Below, one piece after another: positions 28,572 through 38,100 of a stretch of 64,000 nucleotides of DNA. Under the pieces are notes generated by a model that did not search any database, was not told the origin of the DNA, and worked only from the letters and a program-made list of their open reading frames with translations. Origin of the DNA: a virus; IMG/VR virus record IMGVR_UViG_3300027971_000031, positions 43,127-107,126 of that record; one strand, written 5' to 3'. Position 1 is the first letter of the stretch; each line of letters begins with the position of its first letter. The position numbers were made by a program, and so were the translations under genes.

Positions 28572-29284
28572 ATTAAAAATTTTTTATTGCAATACTCAAT
28601 ATCTTTATAAAGTAAATCACTTTGTTTTAATGCCCATTGGCTAGTTAATGTATGGTCTCCAATTCCAACGGATATTCTATAATCTTTTAAAACACCCGGA
28701 TAACCATATTTTATAAACATACGATACCAAAGTTCACAATCAATCATATATAAAACTTCAGTGTCAAAATATTCATCACGAGGTATTAATCCAACACTTG
28801 GACAACCAACAAAGTTAATGCCCCTTATTAAATGTCTACCATCACCTTCAATTCTAGGAATGATTGGATTTGTCCAACTTCCATTTCCATAATCATAATG
28901 AATGCATCCACTGATAACCCATTTACCTTCATTTAATAATAAATTAACCATTAGTTGTAATGTATCTTCACCAACAATAAAATCATCTAAATTCATCAAT
29001 TTGATGTAATCCCCACTAGAATTTTTAATGGCGTTATTAGTATTGTGAGCAGGAAACCCAATATTCTCGGTGTTTCTTAAATACACAATATTATCTAACC
29101 CTAACCCTTTAATGTAGTTCTCAATATCATCATTTTTTGAATGGTCGGAAATTACAATTTCCATATTTTTATATGTTTGAGAAAGAATTGATTGGATATT
29201 TTTATTGATAAATTCAACACCTCTACCATTTGCTTCATATGATGGAATACATATTGAAATTTTTGGAGTAAAGTTTTCAGACAT
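28568..29284 (-). CDS. Glycosyltransferase family 2
   Basis: ISICIPSYE, SILSQTYKNMEIVISDHS, NTNNAIKNSSGDYIKLMNLDD. Confidence 0.85.
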   Translation of the reverse strand: MSENFTPKISICIPSYEANGRGVEFINKNIQSILSQTYKNMEIVISDHSKNDDIENYIKGLGLDNIVYLRNTENIGFPAHNTNNAIKNSSGDYIKLMNLDDFIVGEDTLQLMVNLLLNEGKWVISGCIHYDYGNGSWTNPIIPRIEGDGRHLIRGINFVGCPSVGLIPRDEYFDTEVLYMIDCELWYRMFIKYGYPGVLKDYRISVGIGDHTLTSQWALKQSDLLYKDIEYCNKKFLI

Positions 29285-29996
29285 TTTGTAATAAATTATA
29301 TTGTAGTTTATTTCTAATTATGTTTACGGTTGAACTTACTTTATTCATATTAACTTTGTGGTCATTTAATGGGTTTGACTCATTGTATATATATAACACA
29401 TTTGGAATATATTTAAAGTGATTTTCTCCCGACATTTCTAACATTGGAAACATAAATGATAAATCACCTGCAACACTCCAATAATTTCCACTATTATCTT
29501 TTAAATCTTCTTCTTTAATTTTTTTCCATAACCAAGACTTCCATGTTCTCATATGGGACAATGTAAAAGTTTGTTTTCTAATATCTGTAAATTTTTTTGG
29601 AGGATTTGCAAACCCTGGCCGACCATCATGATACTTAAAAGAACCACTTGTCATCCAAACGTTTTCATCTTTATAAACGTCATCTATGAACGATAAAACA
29701 TTTGAATTGGGTAACCAATCGTCACCATCAATCTCAACACATATTTCATTATCAGGAATATTTAAACCACGAATTACTTGGTCGTAATTACCAGGTTGAT
29801 ACATTTTTTCTTTATTCTCAATTAGGATAAATCTTTCATCACCTAATATAGTTTTCTTTATTACATTAACCGTATTATCGGTTGACATGTCATCTGTAAT
29901 ATAACATTTAAAATCTTTAAATCTTTGTGTCATAATTGTTAGCAAAGATTTTTCTACATAATTTTCACAATTATATGTTGTGGTTAATATTATCAT
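29277..29996 (-). CDS. Glycosyltransferase family 2
   Basis: TTYNCENYVEKSL, DDMSTDNT, EIDGDDWL. Confidence 0.85.
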   Translation of the reverse strand: MIILTTTYNCENYVEKSLLTIMTQRFKDFKCYITDDMSTDNTVNVIKKTILGDERFILIENKEKMYQPGNYDQVIRGLNIPDNEICVEIDGDDWLPNSNVLSFIDDVYKDENVWMTSGSFKYHDGRPGFANPPKKFTDIRKQTFTLSHMRTWKSWLWKKIKEEDLKDNSGNYWSVAGDLSFMFPMLEMSGENHFKYIPNVLYIYNESNPLNDHKVNMNKVSSTVNIIRNKLQYNLLQNV

Positions 29997-31153
29997 TATA
30001 AATTAATTACTATTCCTTCAGGTTTTGTACCTGGCTTATAAAATTTTAATCTACCGTTATATGATTCAGATAATGAATTTAGATTGGTAGATACTTCGGA
30101 GATTTCAATAACATTTACACTATATCCATCACTTAGTAATTCAATACACAATTTGAATTGTTGAGATTCTTCAACAATATTAGAACCTTTCTTATATGTT
30201 ATATGGTTCATAACAAATGGGATTTCTTTATTTGGATTTTTTTGTGTGTAATATTTTTTAATAAATAAAATATGAGATTTATTAAATTGATTAACACTTG
30301 AAATTAAATCAGTACCCGCACCAACACTATCGGCAAAATGTTTTAATGATTTATTGTCCCCATTAATTGTTGGACCACCAAAACCAAACCCATAGTTCAT
30401 GTGTTTTTTACCAATTCCTGAATCACCTCCAATTGCGTTTAATACCATATTAACCTCATCTTCAATACCTGATTTAGTGATAATTTCACCTAACATATTG
30501 GCGTAACTAATTTTTGCAGATAAAAAAGAATTAATTCCAATCTTTGTCAATTCCGCAGCTTTTGATGACATGGAATAAACATTAACAAGAACTTTTTTAA
30601 TTTTGGTGTGTAACTGAATTAAATCATTTGTTAATTCTTGGTATTCACTACCAATCAAAACCATTTCATGATTTTCAATATCTTTAACAATTTCACCTTC
30701 ATTTGTAAAGAATGGGTTGTAAGCAACCTGAACATTAAACATGTTTAATCTTTGTTGTATTTGTTCCACTTCGCCAGGATTTGTGGTAGAACATATAACC
30801 ACTTTCTTATTATGAATAGGAACATTTTGTGATGATAAACTATAAAATTCTGAAATTATATCAAACACTTTTGTTGTGTCGTAGTTACCCTCAATATTAG
30901 ATGGGGTTTGTGAAAAAATAAAAATGATATCAGAATTTTTAATCACATCTAAATTACTTGTCGTTGCACTAAATTTTTTAGTGTTAAATAACATAGATTG
31001 AATTAATGGTTCATTTGTAATACAAATCTTTTGATTAAGATTAAAAATATAATCTTCATCCATATTTGAAACTAAAACGTCATATCCATTTTTTTCACAT
31101 AATAAACCAAACGACAACCCAACGTCATTAATACCAATAACACCTAATTTCAT
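29996..31153 (-). CDS. UDP-glucose/GDP-mannose dehydrogenase-family protein (degenerate active site)
   Basis: NEP, VICSTTNPG, YNP.F..EG, AELTKIGINSFLSAKISYAN, GFGFGGPT (catalytic Cys absent). Confidence 0.75.
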   Translation of the reverse strand: MKLGVIGINDVGLSFGLLCEKNGYDVLVSNMDEDYIFNLNQKICITNEPLIQSMLFNTKKFSATTSNLDVIKNSDIIFIFSQTPSNIEGNYDTTKVFDIISEFYSLSSQNVPIHNKKVVICSTTNPGEVEQIQQRLNMFNVQVAYNPFFTNEGEIVKDIENHEMVLIGSEYQELTNDLIQLHTKIKKVLVNVYSMSSKAAELTKIGINSFLSAKISYANMLGEIITKSGIEDEVNMVLNAIGGDSGIGKKHMNYGFGFGGPTINGDNKSLKHFADSVGAGTDLISSVNQFNKSHILFIKKYYTQKNPNKEIPFVMNHITYKKGSNIVEESQQFKLCIELLSDGYSVNVIEISEVSTNLNSLSESYNGRLKFYKPGTKPEGIVINL

Positions 31154-32787
31154 TATGAAAGAATTTTAAGATATTCGTCTTTAATTTGTTGAGCAACACC
31201 CATAGTATAATATTTCTCAATATCTGTTGGTGGTTCGTATTTTTTTTTGGAAAGGATAAATCCACCTTTATCGACTTTATAAATCCAACTTGATTTACCA
31301 CACATCCAACTTTCAATTGTTGTTCTACCTAATTGGATTCCTGCTGTTTCATAAGCCTTTAAGATGAAATCCTCAACCTTCCAAGTTGATGGGAAATGTT
31401 TGACGTGGTCTTCCAACAAAACATTTTCCAAATAATTTCCATTATTTTCTCCAACTAACCAAAGTTCTTTTCCAATCTCTCTGGTATATTCAATTAAATC
31501 TAAGATTGATTCTTTTCTCAAATAATCTATGGTACCAACAAATAACACATAATTTTCTGTCGATGCGTTTTTAGATTTAAATTTCTCATTATCTATAGGA
31601 TTATAAATAATGTTAATCATCTCTTCAGGTATTTCAAAGTTATCAACCATGTGTTCTTTAATCTCAGGACGAATGGCAATGTATTTTTTAATTGTTGGGT
31701 CAACAACTGGGTCTTCTAACGAAATGACCTCAGAGTGAATACTACAAATCTTATCCAATTCAGGATACATATTTAAAATTCGTTCTGCAACAGGTTTGTG
31801 TTGGAAGTGGATTATATCATAATCTACTTCTGCAACACGGTATAATGCATTTGGTGTTGATGGTTTAAATCCTTCAGGAGTATTTGTTCCCCACTGTCCG
31901 TCACCAAGTTTGAAACCTGGCGCATTTTCAAATGAAACACATTTAATCCCAAGTTTTTTTGCCATGTCAGTTACAGGACCACCAATTTGTGAAAGAACCG
32001 TAACACTACAATTTAACTTGATTAAACTTTTTGCCAATTCAAAAACATATAATTCTGAACCTGTAAAATTTCTAAATGAAATACAAGATAATAATACTTT
32101 TAATCTTCTATTTGGGTCAAACGGAATTTTGTTTGGTAAATTATCTTTATATTTTTGAACGAAAAAATTTCTATTATCTTCCCATTGGTCATTGGTTTGA
32201 CCAATAGACTTATGAGTTATTCTGATGTTGGTGATTACACCAACTTTAACACCTTCTAAATGATTTCTAAAACAAAACGCAATATCATAAAAGTGAAACC
32301 CTTCAAACTCTTCATCAAATGTGTGTTTAATTCTTGATTTACTTAACGCGATAAATAAACCATCAACAATAACTGTTTGTCTAATTGACTTACCTAAATC
32401 ATCTGAATATTTTGAAGTCCATTTCTTTCCTTCACTTTCGTGGTTAACAATACCAATCATATCTTTTCTACGATTAGTCTCCCACCATCTACCAGTGTCA
32501 GACATGTTGGTTGTACCTGCAACTCCTAAAATACCAAAATCACTTTTTTCAAAATGAGTTTTAATTTTGTGAAACCAACTTGGGGTATCAAAATAAATGT
32601 CATCATGACAAAGAACAACGATATCTGTCGTTGATTCCTCAAGAATTTCATTATAAACTTGAGACAGTGATTTCTCTCCGTTATTAATCTTTTCAATAAC
32701 TTCTATTTTTTTAAACCCCGAACTTTTCTTTAAGTACTCAATAAATTGAGGGTTATGTTCTCTTGTTGAATATCCTACTGTAATCAT
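31153..32787 (-). CDS. Two-domain glycosyltransferase (GT-A Glyco_tranf_2_5-like + GT-B/GT4-like)
   Basis: N-half SLSQVYNE..VVLCHDD, GVAG, DGLFIA, FHFYD; C-half TGSELYVFELAKSL, IYNPID, LFVGTI, GRTTIESWMCG. Confidence 0.8.
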   Translation of the reverse strand: MITVGYSTREHNPQFIEYLKKSSGFKKIEVIEKINNGEKSLSQVYNEILEESTTDIVVLCHDDIYFDTPSWFHKIKTHFEKSDFGILGVAGTTNMSDTGRWWETNRRKDMIGIVNHESEGKKWTSKYSDDLGKSIRQTVIVDGLFIALSKSRIKHTFDEEFEGFHFYDIAFCFRNHLEGVKVGVITNIRITHKSIGQTNDQWEDNRNFFVQKYKDNLPNKIPFDPNRRLKVLLSCISFRNFTGSELYVFELAKSLIKLNCSVTVLSQIGGPVTDMAKKLGIKCVSFENAPGFKLGDGQWGTNTPEGFKPSTPNALYRVAEVDYDIIHFQHKPVAERILNMYPELDKICSIHSEVISLEDPVVDPTIKKYIAIRPEIKEHMVDNFEIPEEMINIIYNPIDNEKFKSKNASTENYVLFVGTIDYLRKESILDLIEYTREIGKELWLVGENNGNYLENVLLEDHVKHFPSTWKVEDFILKAYETAGIQLGRTTIESWMCGKSSWIYKVDKGGFILSKKKYEPPTDIEKYYTMGVAQQIKDEYLKILS

Positions 32788-32797
32788 TTTTTAATTT

Positions 32798-33418
32798 TTA
32801 AATTCCCGTACTACCAAATCCATTATCGCCTCTATCTTTTTCATTAAGAGTATCGACTTGTTCAAATCTTACGTATTTTCCATTTATTACGGGACACAAT
32901 ACCGCTTGAGCAACTTTCATACCTTTAGGTATCATCACGGTGTGATTATTTGTGTTAAACACAATTACTTGTATTTCACCTGTATATCCTTGGTCAACAG
33001 TCCCTGGTGTGTTAAGAACTGTTAATCCTTGTTTAATGGCTAAACCACTCTTGGGTCTAACTTGAATTTCATAGCCCTCTTGGAAAGAAACTTTAATACC
33101 TGTTGGAACTAAAATTCTACCAAACGGACCAATTGTTAAATCTTGTGTTGAGTGTAAGTCAAATCCTGAATCCGATGGATAGGCATATTTTGGAAAAACG
33201 GCATCATTATTAACCAATTCAACCTCAACAAATTTTGTTTTAGCGTTGATTGCAATCTGTTCGTCTAAATCATCGAAATCAATACCAAAAAGGTCTTCAA
33301 ATTCTTTTTGATTTTCATCATCAGGTTCAATACCTGCTTCAAGTTTAATTTTTTCAAATTGTTTTAAAATTTCTTCGTAAATTTTTGGGTCATAACCCAA
33401 TTGATTCATGTTGTCCAT
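32798..33418 (-). CDS. dut: Trimeric dUTPase with acidic N-terminal extension
   Basis: SGFDL, QVRPKSGLA, NTPGTVDQGYTGEI, AQAV, RGDNGFGSTG. Confidence 0.95.
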   Translation of the reverse strand: MDNMNQLGYDPKIYEEILKQFEKIKLEAGIEPDDENQKEFEDLFGIDFDDLDEQIAINAKTKFVEVELVNNDAVFPKYAYPSDSGFDLHSTQDLTIGPFGRILVPTGIKVSFQEGYEIQVRPKSGLAIKQGLTVLNTPGTVDQGYTGEIQVIVFNTNNHTVMIPKGMKVAQAVLCPVINGKYVRFEQVDTLNEKDRGDNGFGSTGI

Positions 33419-34119
33419 TATTTTAAATCTATTAATTTTTTTATTACATCAATTAACACCGACACATCTTTTTCACAATATTTCACAATACCTTCAATAT
33501 CTTTTTTAACCCAAAAAGCTTCGTGTACTTTATTACCCGTTATCTCCATTGTTTTTGATGATTCAACACCTAAACAAACACACATAAGTTCAAGAGATGC
33601 GATGGAACCATATCCACCATATTGCCAAACTTCTTTTGTATCCAAAGCTTTAATTTCCCATGGTTTTGTATCGTGACCAGGTAAAATCTTTGGCGGCATA
33701 ATTCCATTCATAATCATACGTTTTGCCAACATTGGAATATCAAATCCTTTAACATTATGACCACATAAAAAGAAACCAAGTTCACCAATTCTATATAAAA
33801 GTTTTTGAACTTCTAACAACATTTTTTTCTCATCAATATCGCTAAATGATTGCATTTTAACTTCACCCTTTTCTGTTACGAACGCAACACTGACACAGGC
33901 GATTCTTGCAAATTCAGGAACTAATGCTGAACGATTAACGAACATTTGACCAACCCCGTTGGCTCCGTCTTCAGGAAATCGTTTTTGAAACCAATCAAAA
34001 TAATGTTCGAATTGGAATGAAAGAGCTTCATTGTGTTTAACTAATGAATCCCAATCAGGTTGGACACCAACAGTTTCAATGTCCAAAAATAAAATTTTAG
34101 TTAATGGTATGTTAATCAT
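33418..34119 (-). CDS. DnaQ-like 3'-5' exonuclease (PolB exonuclease-related)
   Basis: LFLDIETV, CGHNVKGFDIP, YCEKDV. Confidence 0.88.
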   Translation of the reverse strand: MINIPLTKILFLDIETVGVQPDWDSLVKHNEALSFQFEHYFDWFQKRFPEDGANGVGQMFVNRSALVPEFARIACVSVAFVTEKGEVKMQSFSDIDEKKMLLEVQKLLYRIGELGFFLCGHNVKGFDIPMLAKRMIMNGIMPPKILPGHDTKPWEIKALDTKEVWQYGGYGSIASLELMCVCLGVESSKTMEITGNKVHEAFWVKKDIEGIVKYCEKDVSVLIDVIKKLIDLK

Positions 34120-34120
34120 A

Positions 34121-35335
34121 TTATTTAATTAAAGATTTGTAATATTCAGCTCTATTTTTTGTAACGTTATTTAAATCATATGTGTCTTTAACAGTTTCAT
34201 ATAATCTTTCACCCATATCGTTTACTAAGTTAGGGTTATCAACCAATTTCTTAATGTATTTTGCCCAATCAGAGTGATTTCTATTTTCATTTACTAACAT
34301 AGCATTTCCATCAACAAAATTACCGTGTTCTAAACAATGTTTTAAATCGATGGTATATGGACCTAAATCAGAAGTAATTAACGCCTTCTTATAAAATCCC
34401 GCTTCAATTACTTTCAATTGTGATTTCATTCGGTTAAACATTGTATTTTTGATTGGTGCCAAAGATACATCAAATTTTGAATAATTTTTTGCGTAAGATG
34501 TAACGGGTTGTGTCCAAACTCTCACGTACGATTCATTGTATTGGTTCGGATAAACTTCTTGAGTATATTTTAACAAATATTTTTTATATTCTTCGGAAAC
34601 TAATGAATGGTTTTGTGTAAATATTTTTTCATATTGAGCCCAAACAGTTTCATGAGGTAAAATGTCTCTTTTTTTATGTTCACCTGTTTGTTGATTGATT
34701 TCAGTCACACTTCCTCTTGTGTCAAATCCACACAAAACAAATTGTAATTTATCTTTAAGATTTGTTATTTTACCAAAAGGTTGGTCTAATAACTGAATAT
34801 CATGTAAGTGTGATGAACCACCTAACCATCCGACTCTTAATCGGTCTGATTCTAATGTTGGTTCTTTAAATTGGGGTTCATTTGGATTAATTGCGTTTGG
34901 AAAAACAACAACATTTTTATTAAACTTTCTAATTTCATTTGCAAAGATTTCTGTTGTTGTTGTAACATATGAGGCAACTTTAAGATTTGCAACAATCTTT
35001 TCATTAATCTTATTAAATTTAATGATATCGTGAATAGGGTGTTCTTTGCCTGGCATCCAATAATCGTCAATGTCCGCAATTGTGATTATACCTAATGAAT
35101 TTAATTTTTGAATTAATTCATGTGCTCTTTCAAAATCAGGACCAATACTTCTGTGAAAAGTAACTATTTGATACTGTTTCCAAAAGTTCATATCATCATA
35201 TGATGGTTCATAATCAATATCCACATGGAAATCATCACCATATAAATTTTGTAAGAATACGTGAGGGTCAACCGACCTAAATTTACCAACTCCTGTTCTA
35301 TCGGATGGTACGACTAAGACTTTAATTTTCGACAT
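34121..35335 (-). CDS. GT-B fold glycosyltransferase
   Basis: GVGKFRSVDPH, DIDDYW, VFPNAI, RVGWLGGSSHLHD, DVSLAPIK..FNRMKSQLKVIEAG. Confidence 0.85.
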   Translation of the reverse strand: MSKIKVLVVPSDRTGVGKFRSVDPHVFLQNLYGDDFHVDIDYEPSYDDMNFWKQYQIVTFHRSIGPDFERAHELIQKLNSLGIITIADIDDYWMPGKEHPIHDIIKFNKINEKIVANLKVASYVTTTTEIFANEIRKFNKNVVVFPNAINPNEPQFKEPTLESDRLRVGWLGGSSHLHDIQLLDQPFGKITNLKDKLQFVLCGFDTRGSVTEINQQTGEHKKRDILPHETVWAQYEKIFTQNHSLVSEEYKKYLLKYTQEVYPNQYNESYVRVWTQPVTSYAKNYSKFDVSLAPIKNTMFNRMKSQLKVIEAGFYKKALITSDLGPYTIDLKHCLEHGNFVDGNAMLVNENRNHSDWAKYIKKLVDNPNLVNDMGERLYETVKDTYDLNNVTKNRAEYYKSLIK

Positions 35336-35389
35336 TTTAATTATTATATTTCTTAAAATATAGTAATTACTATCGAATAAAGAAAGGTG

Positions 35390-36031
35390 TTATGACAATT
35401 TTTTAATTTTTGTGACCTTACCTTCGAATACGTGTTTACCTACTTTAAAGTTAAACACCTCGTTAGATTTTTCGGAACTTTCAACTACTAAACCATTCTC
35501 TTTTAAAGCATTGTTAACCGCTTCATTAATCATTTTTTGAATTAATTTGTAATCAATACCTCCATTAGGGTTTGATTGAGGTTGTTGTTGTGTGGTTTGT
35601 TTTGGTTTTGCGGATTCAGGTATGTAACCACCACCAGTTTGTTTCATTAATCTCGATGCTTTTTCAATAAGTTCGTTAGATATTGTAGTTGGCTGTTGTT
35701 GAGGTTGTCCAATTGGGTGTTCCATCATCAATCTCTTAATCTCATCAGGTAATTTAGAGTTTTTAATTGCATCTACCGTTGGAACTCCAACAGGTTTAGT
35801 ATTTTCTCTTGGTATGTTAGATAAGTAAGGTTGTTGTGTTTGTTCTGATTCCTGTAAAAATTCTGCAGGAATGTTATATTTTGCCGTTGGTATATTAAAT
35901 GATTCTGGAGAATTCATTTGTTGTAATGATGTTGGAGGTAATCCTCCATTCATAGAATTACTATTTTTAATTCCGTCTGCTTTATCCATAATTGCTTTTG
36001 ATAAAGCTAATTTTTCCATTAAATTGCTCAT
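35390..36031 (-). CDS. Hypothetical protein (Gln/Pro-rich, multiple x-x-E/S sites; possible head-internal protein)
   Basis: 213 aa; FLQES, YIPES, INEAVNNALKENGLVVES. Confidence 0.6.
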   Translation of the reverse strand: MSNLMEKLALSKAIMDKADGIKNSNSMNGGLPPTSLQQMNSPESFNIPTAKYNIPAEFLQESEQTQQPYLSNIPRENTKPVGVPTVDAIKNSKLPDEIKRLMMEHPIGQPQQQPTTISNELIEKASRLMKQTGGGYIPESAKPKQTTQQQPQSNPNGGIDYKLIQKMINEAVNNALKENGLVVESSEKSNEVFNFKVGKHVFEGKVTKIKKLS

Positions 36032-36037
36032 ATTATA

Positions 36038-36478
36038 TTATATTTCTTCTTCAGGTGTATTTGGTTCTGTTGGAGGTTGTGGAGTTGGGGGGTTATTATC
36101 AAATTTTGCATTAATAATAACACTAACCATACTTTTGTCTCCATTAAAATTATAACCAGGTTTAGGTTCATTGTAAACCTCACCTGTTGGTTTGTTTGAT
36201 AGTATTTTATCCAATCTGAATAATCTCCAACCTGGTAATGGTTGTTCGCCCTTATAACCAGTATGCGACGCACCTTCAGTATCCCAAGCTCTTAAAACTT
36301 TATTTCCTGCTTTACTAACTCCTAAGCACACAGGTTCAATTTGACGTATACCTCTACCACCTGGCTCATCACCATCATAATAGATTATAACAACTTTTCG
36401 TCCTTTGATAGCATCAACTATACTATCCAAAGAAGCAATTTCACAAATTAAACCTTTTAATGCTCCTTGAAGTTTCAT
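36038..36478 (-). CDS. Stand-alone WYL-like domain protein
   Basis: IVDAIKGRKVVIIYY...RQIEPVCLG....LRAW...WRLFRLDKI. Confidence 0.7.
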   Translation of the reverse strand: MKLQGALKGLICEIASLDSIVDAIKGRKVVIIYYDGDEPGGRGIRQIEPVCLGVSKAGNKVLRAWDTEGASHTGYKGEQPLPGWRLFRLDKILSNKPTGEVYNEPKPGYNFNGDKSMVSVIINAKFDNNPPTPQPPTEPNTPEEEI

Positions 36479-36771
36479 TAGAAATTAGGATATGTTTTCG
36501 ATTGGTTATATTGATTAATTTTTATTTCGCTCTTTCTTTCAACAACGTCATTTATTGTTCCAGCGTTTACGTTATAAACATCTAAAAAAACTCCTGTACC
36601 TCTACCTAAATCATCACCATCGGCGAGGGCATCTTTATTAACTACGGAATATTCGTTTCCTACTTTATTGTAGTCATTTTTAGGGATTAATTTTGCTCTC
36701 TCTTGGTCTGCAATTGCGCTAAGAGCGTTTGGTTCTGTTTGGTTTAAATCTACCGTGATTTGAGTTGACAT
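36478..36771 (-). CDS. Hypothetical protein
   Basis: 97 aa ORF coupled to the WYL-like gene. Confidence 0.6.
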   Translation of the reverse strand: MSTQITVDLNQTEPNALSAIADQERAKLIPKNDYNKVGNEYSVVNKDALADGDDLGRGTGVFLDVYNVNAGTINDVVERKSEIKINQYNQSKTYPNF

Positions 36772-36775
36772 AATT

Positions 36776-37243
36776 TTATATTTTTGATATTAGTTCGTTT
36801 ATTCTCTTAACACTTTCATTAACTGATGGATTATACTTGTCCACCGTTTTTGAGTGTTCTTGAGATGTTCTTACATTTGTAAAATCTTTTTTCTCGTGAG
36901 GGTCAATAAACTGGTTCATCATACCTGCGTCCATTTTATTGGTTTTAGTGTTTTTAATATAATCCCTCATTTTTCTTAATTCACTATCAACCCAATTTTT
37001 AATCTCGACACCACCATTTAAAATAAATGAAGGTTCTTTGTGGTTGCCTTTAAAATTATCAAAAAAGTTTTTAATTCTTTTTAATTGTTTATATGTGATA
37101 AATTTTTGACCCTGAAGTTCTTTGTTTCTATTAAAACCTTCAGTATTTTCATCCGCACCTTTAACCATATGAAAAGATTTTCTCATATGTTCCCTTTTGT
37201 CAGATGGAAACTCAATTTCTTTATCGTATAAACTTTTATTCAC
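36776..37243 (-). CDS. Hypothetical protein with C-terminal VNESVKRINELI tag
   Basis: ITYKQLKRIKNFFD...LNGG...W resembles a domain recalled from phage head-associated proteins. Confidence 0.6.
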   Translation of the reverse strand: MNKSLYDKEIEFPSDKREHMRKSFHMVKGADENTEGFNRNKELQGQKFITYKQLKRIKNFFDNFKGNHKEPSFILNGGVEIKNWVDSELRKMRDYIKNTKTNKMDAGMMNQFIDPHEKKDFTNVRTSQEHSKTVDKYNPSVNESVKRINELISKI

Positions 37244-38048
37244 TTTTAATCATCTTTAATAGTTCAGAAATAGAAATTCCTTCTTTTTCTGCTTGTTTTT
37301 TTAATGATGAAATATTTTTCTTTAAAATATTTGATGTGTTAGATTCTTTTTTTCCAACCTCGGAATTGTCAGAACTTTTTTTACCCATCAAAATATCTTC
37401 CACAACTTTAATCATTTTTTGTTTTTGGATTTCAGATAAAGTTGCCCTTGTTATAAAATTTTTATCTTTATAGTAAGGTGATTTTTTATCTTTATTACCT
37501 GTTGGGTCTTGACCTTTTTGTTTTGTTCTTTCTTTAGCCTCATCAGGTTCCATACCCATTTTCTTAACTAAATATTTGAAAGTTTCTTCACCATCCATAT
37601 TTTCAGTTTCTTCATAACCAAAAGCACCTGACATATCAATCTCATCTATTTCTTCAACTGATTCACCATAATATGTTCTATAACCACGAGAAATAGGGTC
37701 GTTTGTAATACGAGCCGCCGCAACCGTTTGGTCCATAGTTTTCATTGGGTGAAGTTTTGGGTCAAGAATTGGAATTTTTGAGTTGGACAAAGCTCCGTCC
37801 AAGTTTACCAATTCTTCCAAATCTTTTTTAAGAGTTTTTGTAGATTTAACTTTTTTCTCTTTGGCAACTTTTTTAAGGTGGTTTTTAACTTTTTCACCCT
37901 TACTTTTTTCAAAGTGAATTACCTCATCTTTTTCACGAGCCTCATTTAAATTTCCCTCTACAGAGAAGTATAGGGAGTATTTATCTCCTTTATTTCTCAA
38001 TAAAAAATAGTATGGTGACGAATAAAATTCTTTGTCTGTAGTAATCAT
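37236..38048 (-). CDS. Hypothetical late protein (possible head-internal)
   Basis: TATTTAT at 38065-38071 (minus); LNE/A, YGE/S, LSE/I sites. Confidence 0.6.
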   Translation of the reverse strand: MITTDKEFYSSPYYFLLRNKGDKYSLYFSVEGNLNEAREKDEVIHFEKSKGEKVKNHLKKVAKEKKVKSTKTLKKDLEELVNLDGALSNSKIPILDPKLHPMKTMDQTVAAARITNDPISRGYRTYYGESVEEIDEIDMSGAFGYEETENMDGEETFKYLVKKMGMEPDEAKERTKQKGQDPTGNKDKKSPYYKDKNFITRATLSEIQKQKMIKVVEDILMGKKSSDNSEVGKKESNTSNILKKNISSLKKQAEKEGISISELLKMIKSE

Positions 38049-38064
38049 CTCTTCTTTTTTATCT

Positions 38065-38091
38065 ATAAATACTAGCTCATAAGGTATTTAT
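38065..38091. promoter_or_regulatory. Back-to-back divergent TATTTAT putative late promoters
   Basis: ATAAATA at 38065-71 faces the minus-strand gene starting at 38048; TATTTAT at 38085-91 faces the plus-strand gene at 38101. Confidence 0.65.
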
Positions 38092-38100
38092 CATTAGTAT

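Noticed and set aside
17069-35335. Bacterial O-antigen/capsule locus (host contamination or prophage flank)
   Set aside because: It is interleaved and translationally coupled with phage-type genes (gp55-like sigma, PhoH, dUTPase) and lacks wzx, wzy, wzz and an initiating transferase.
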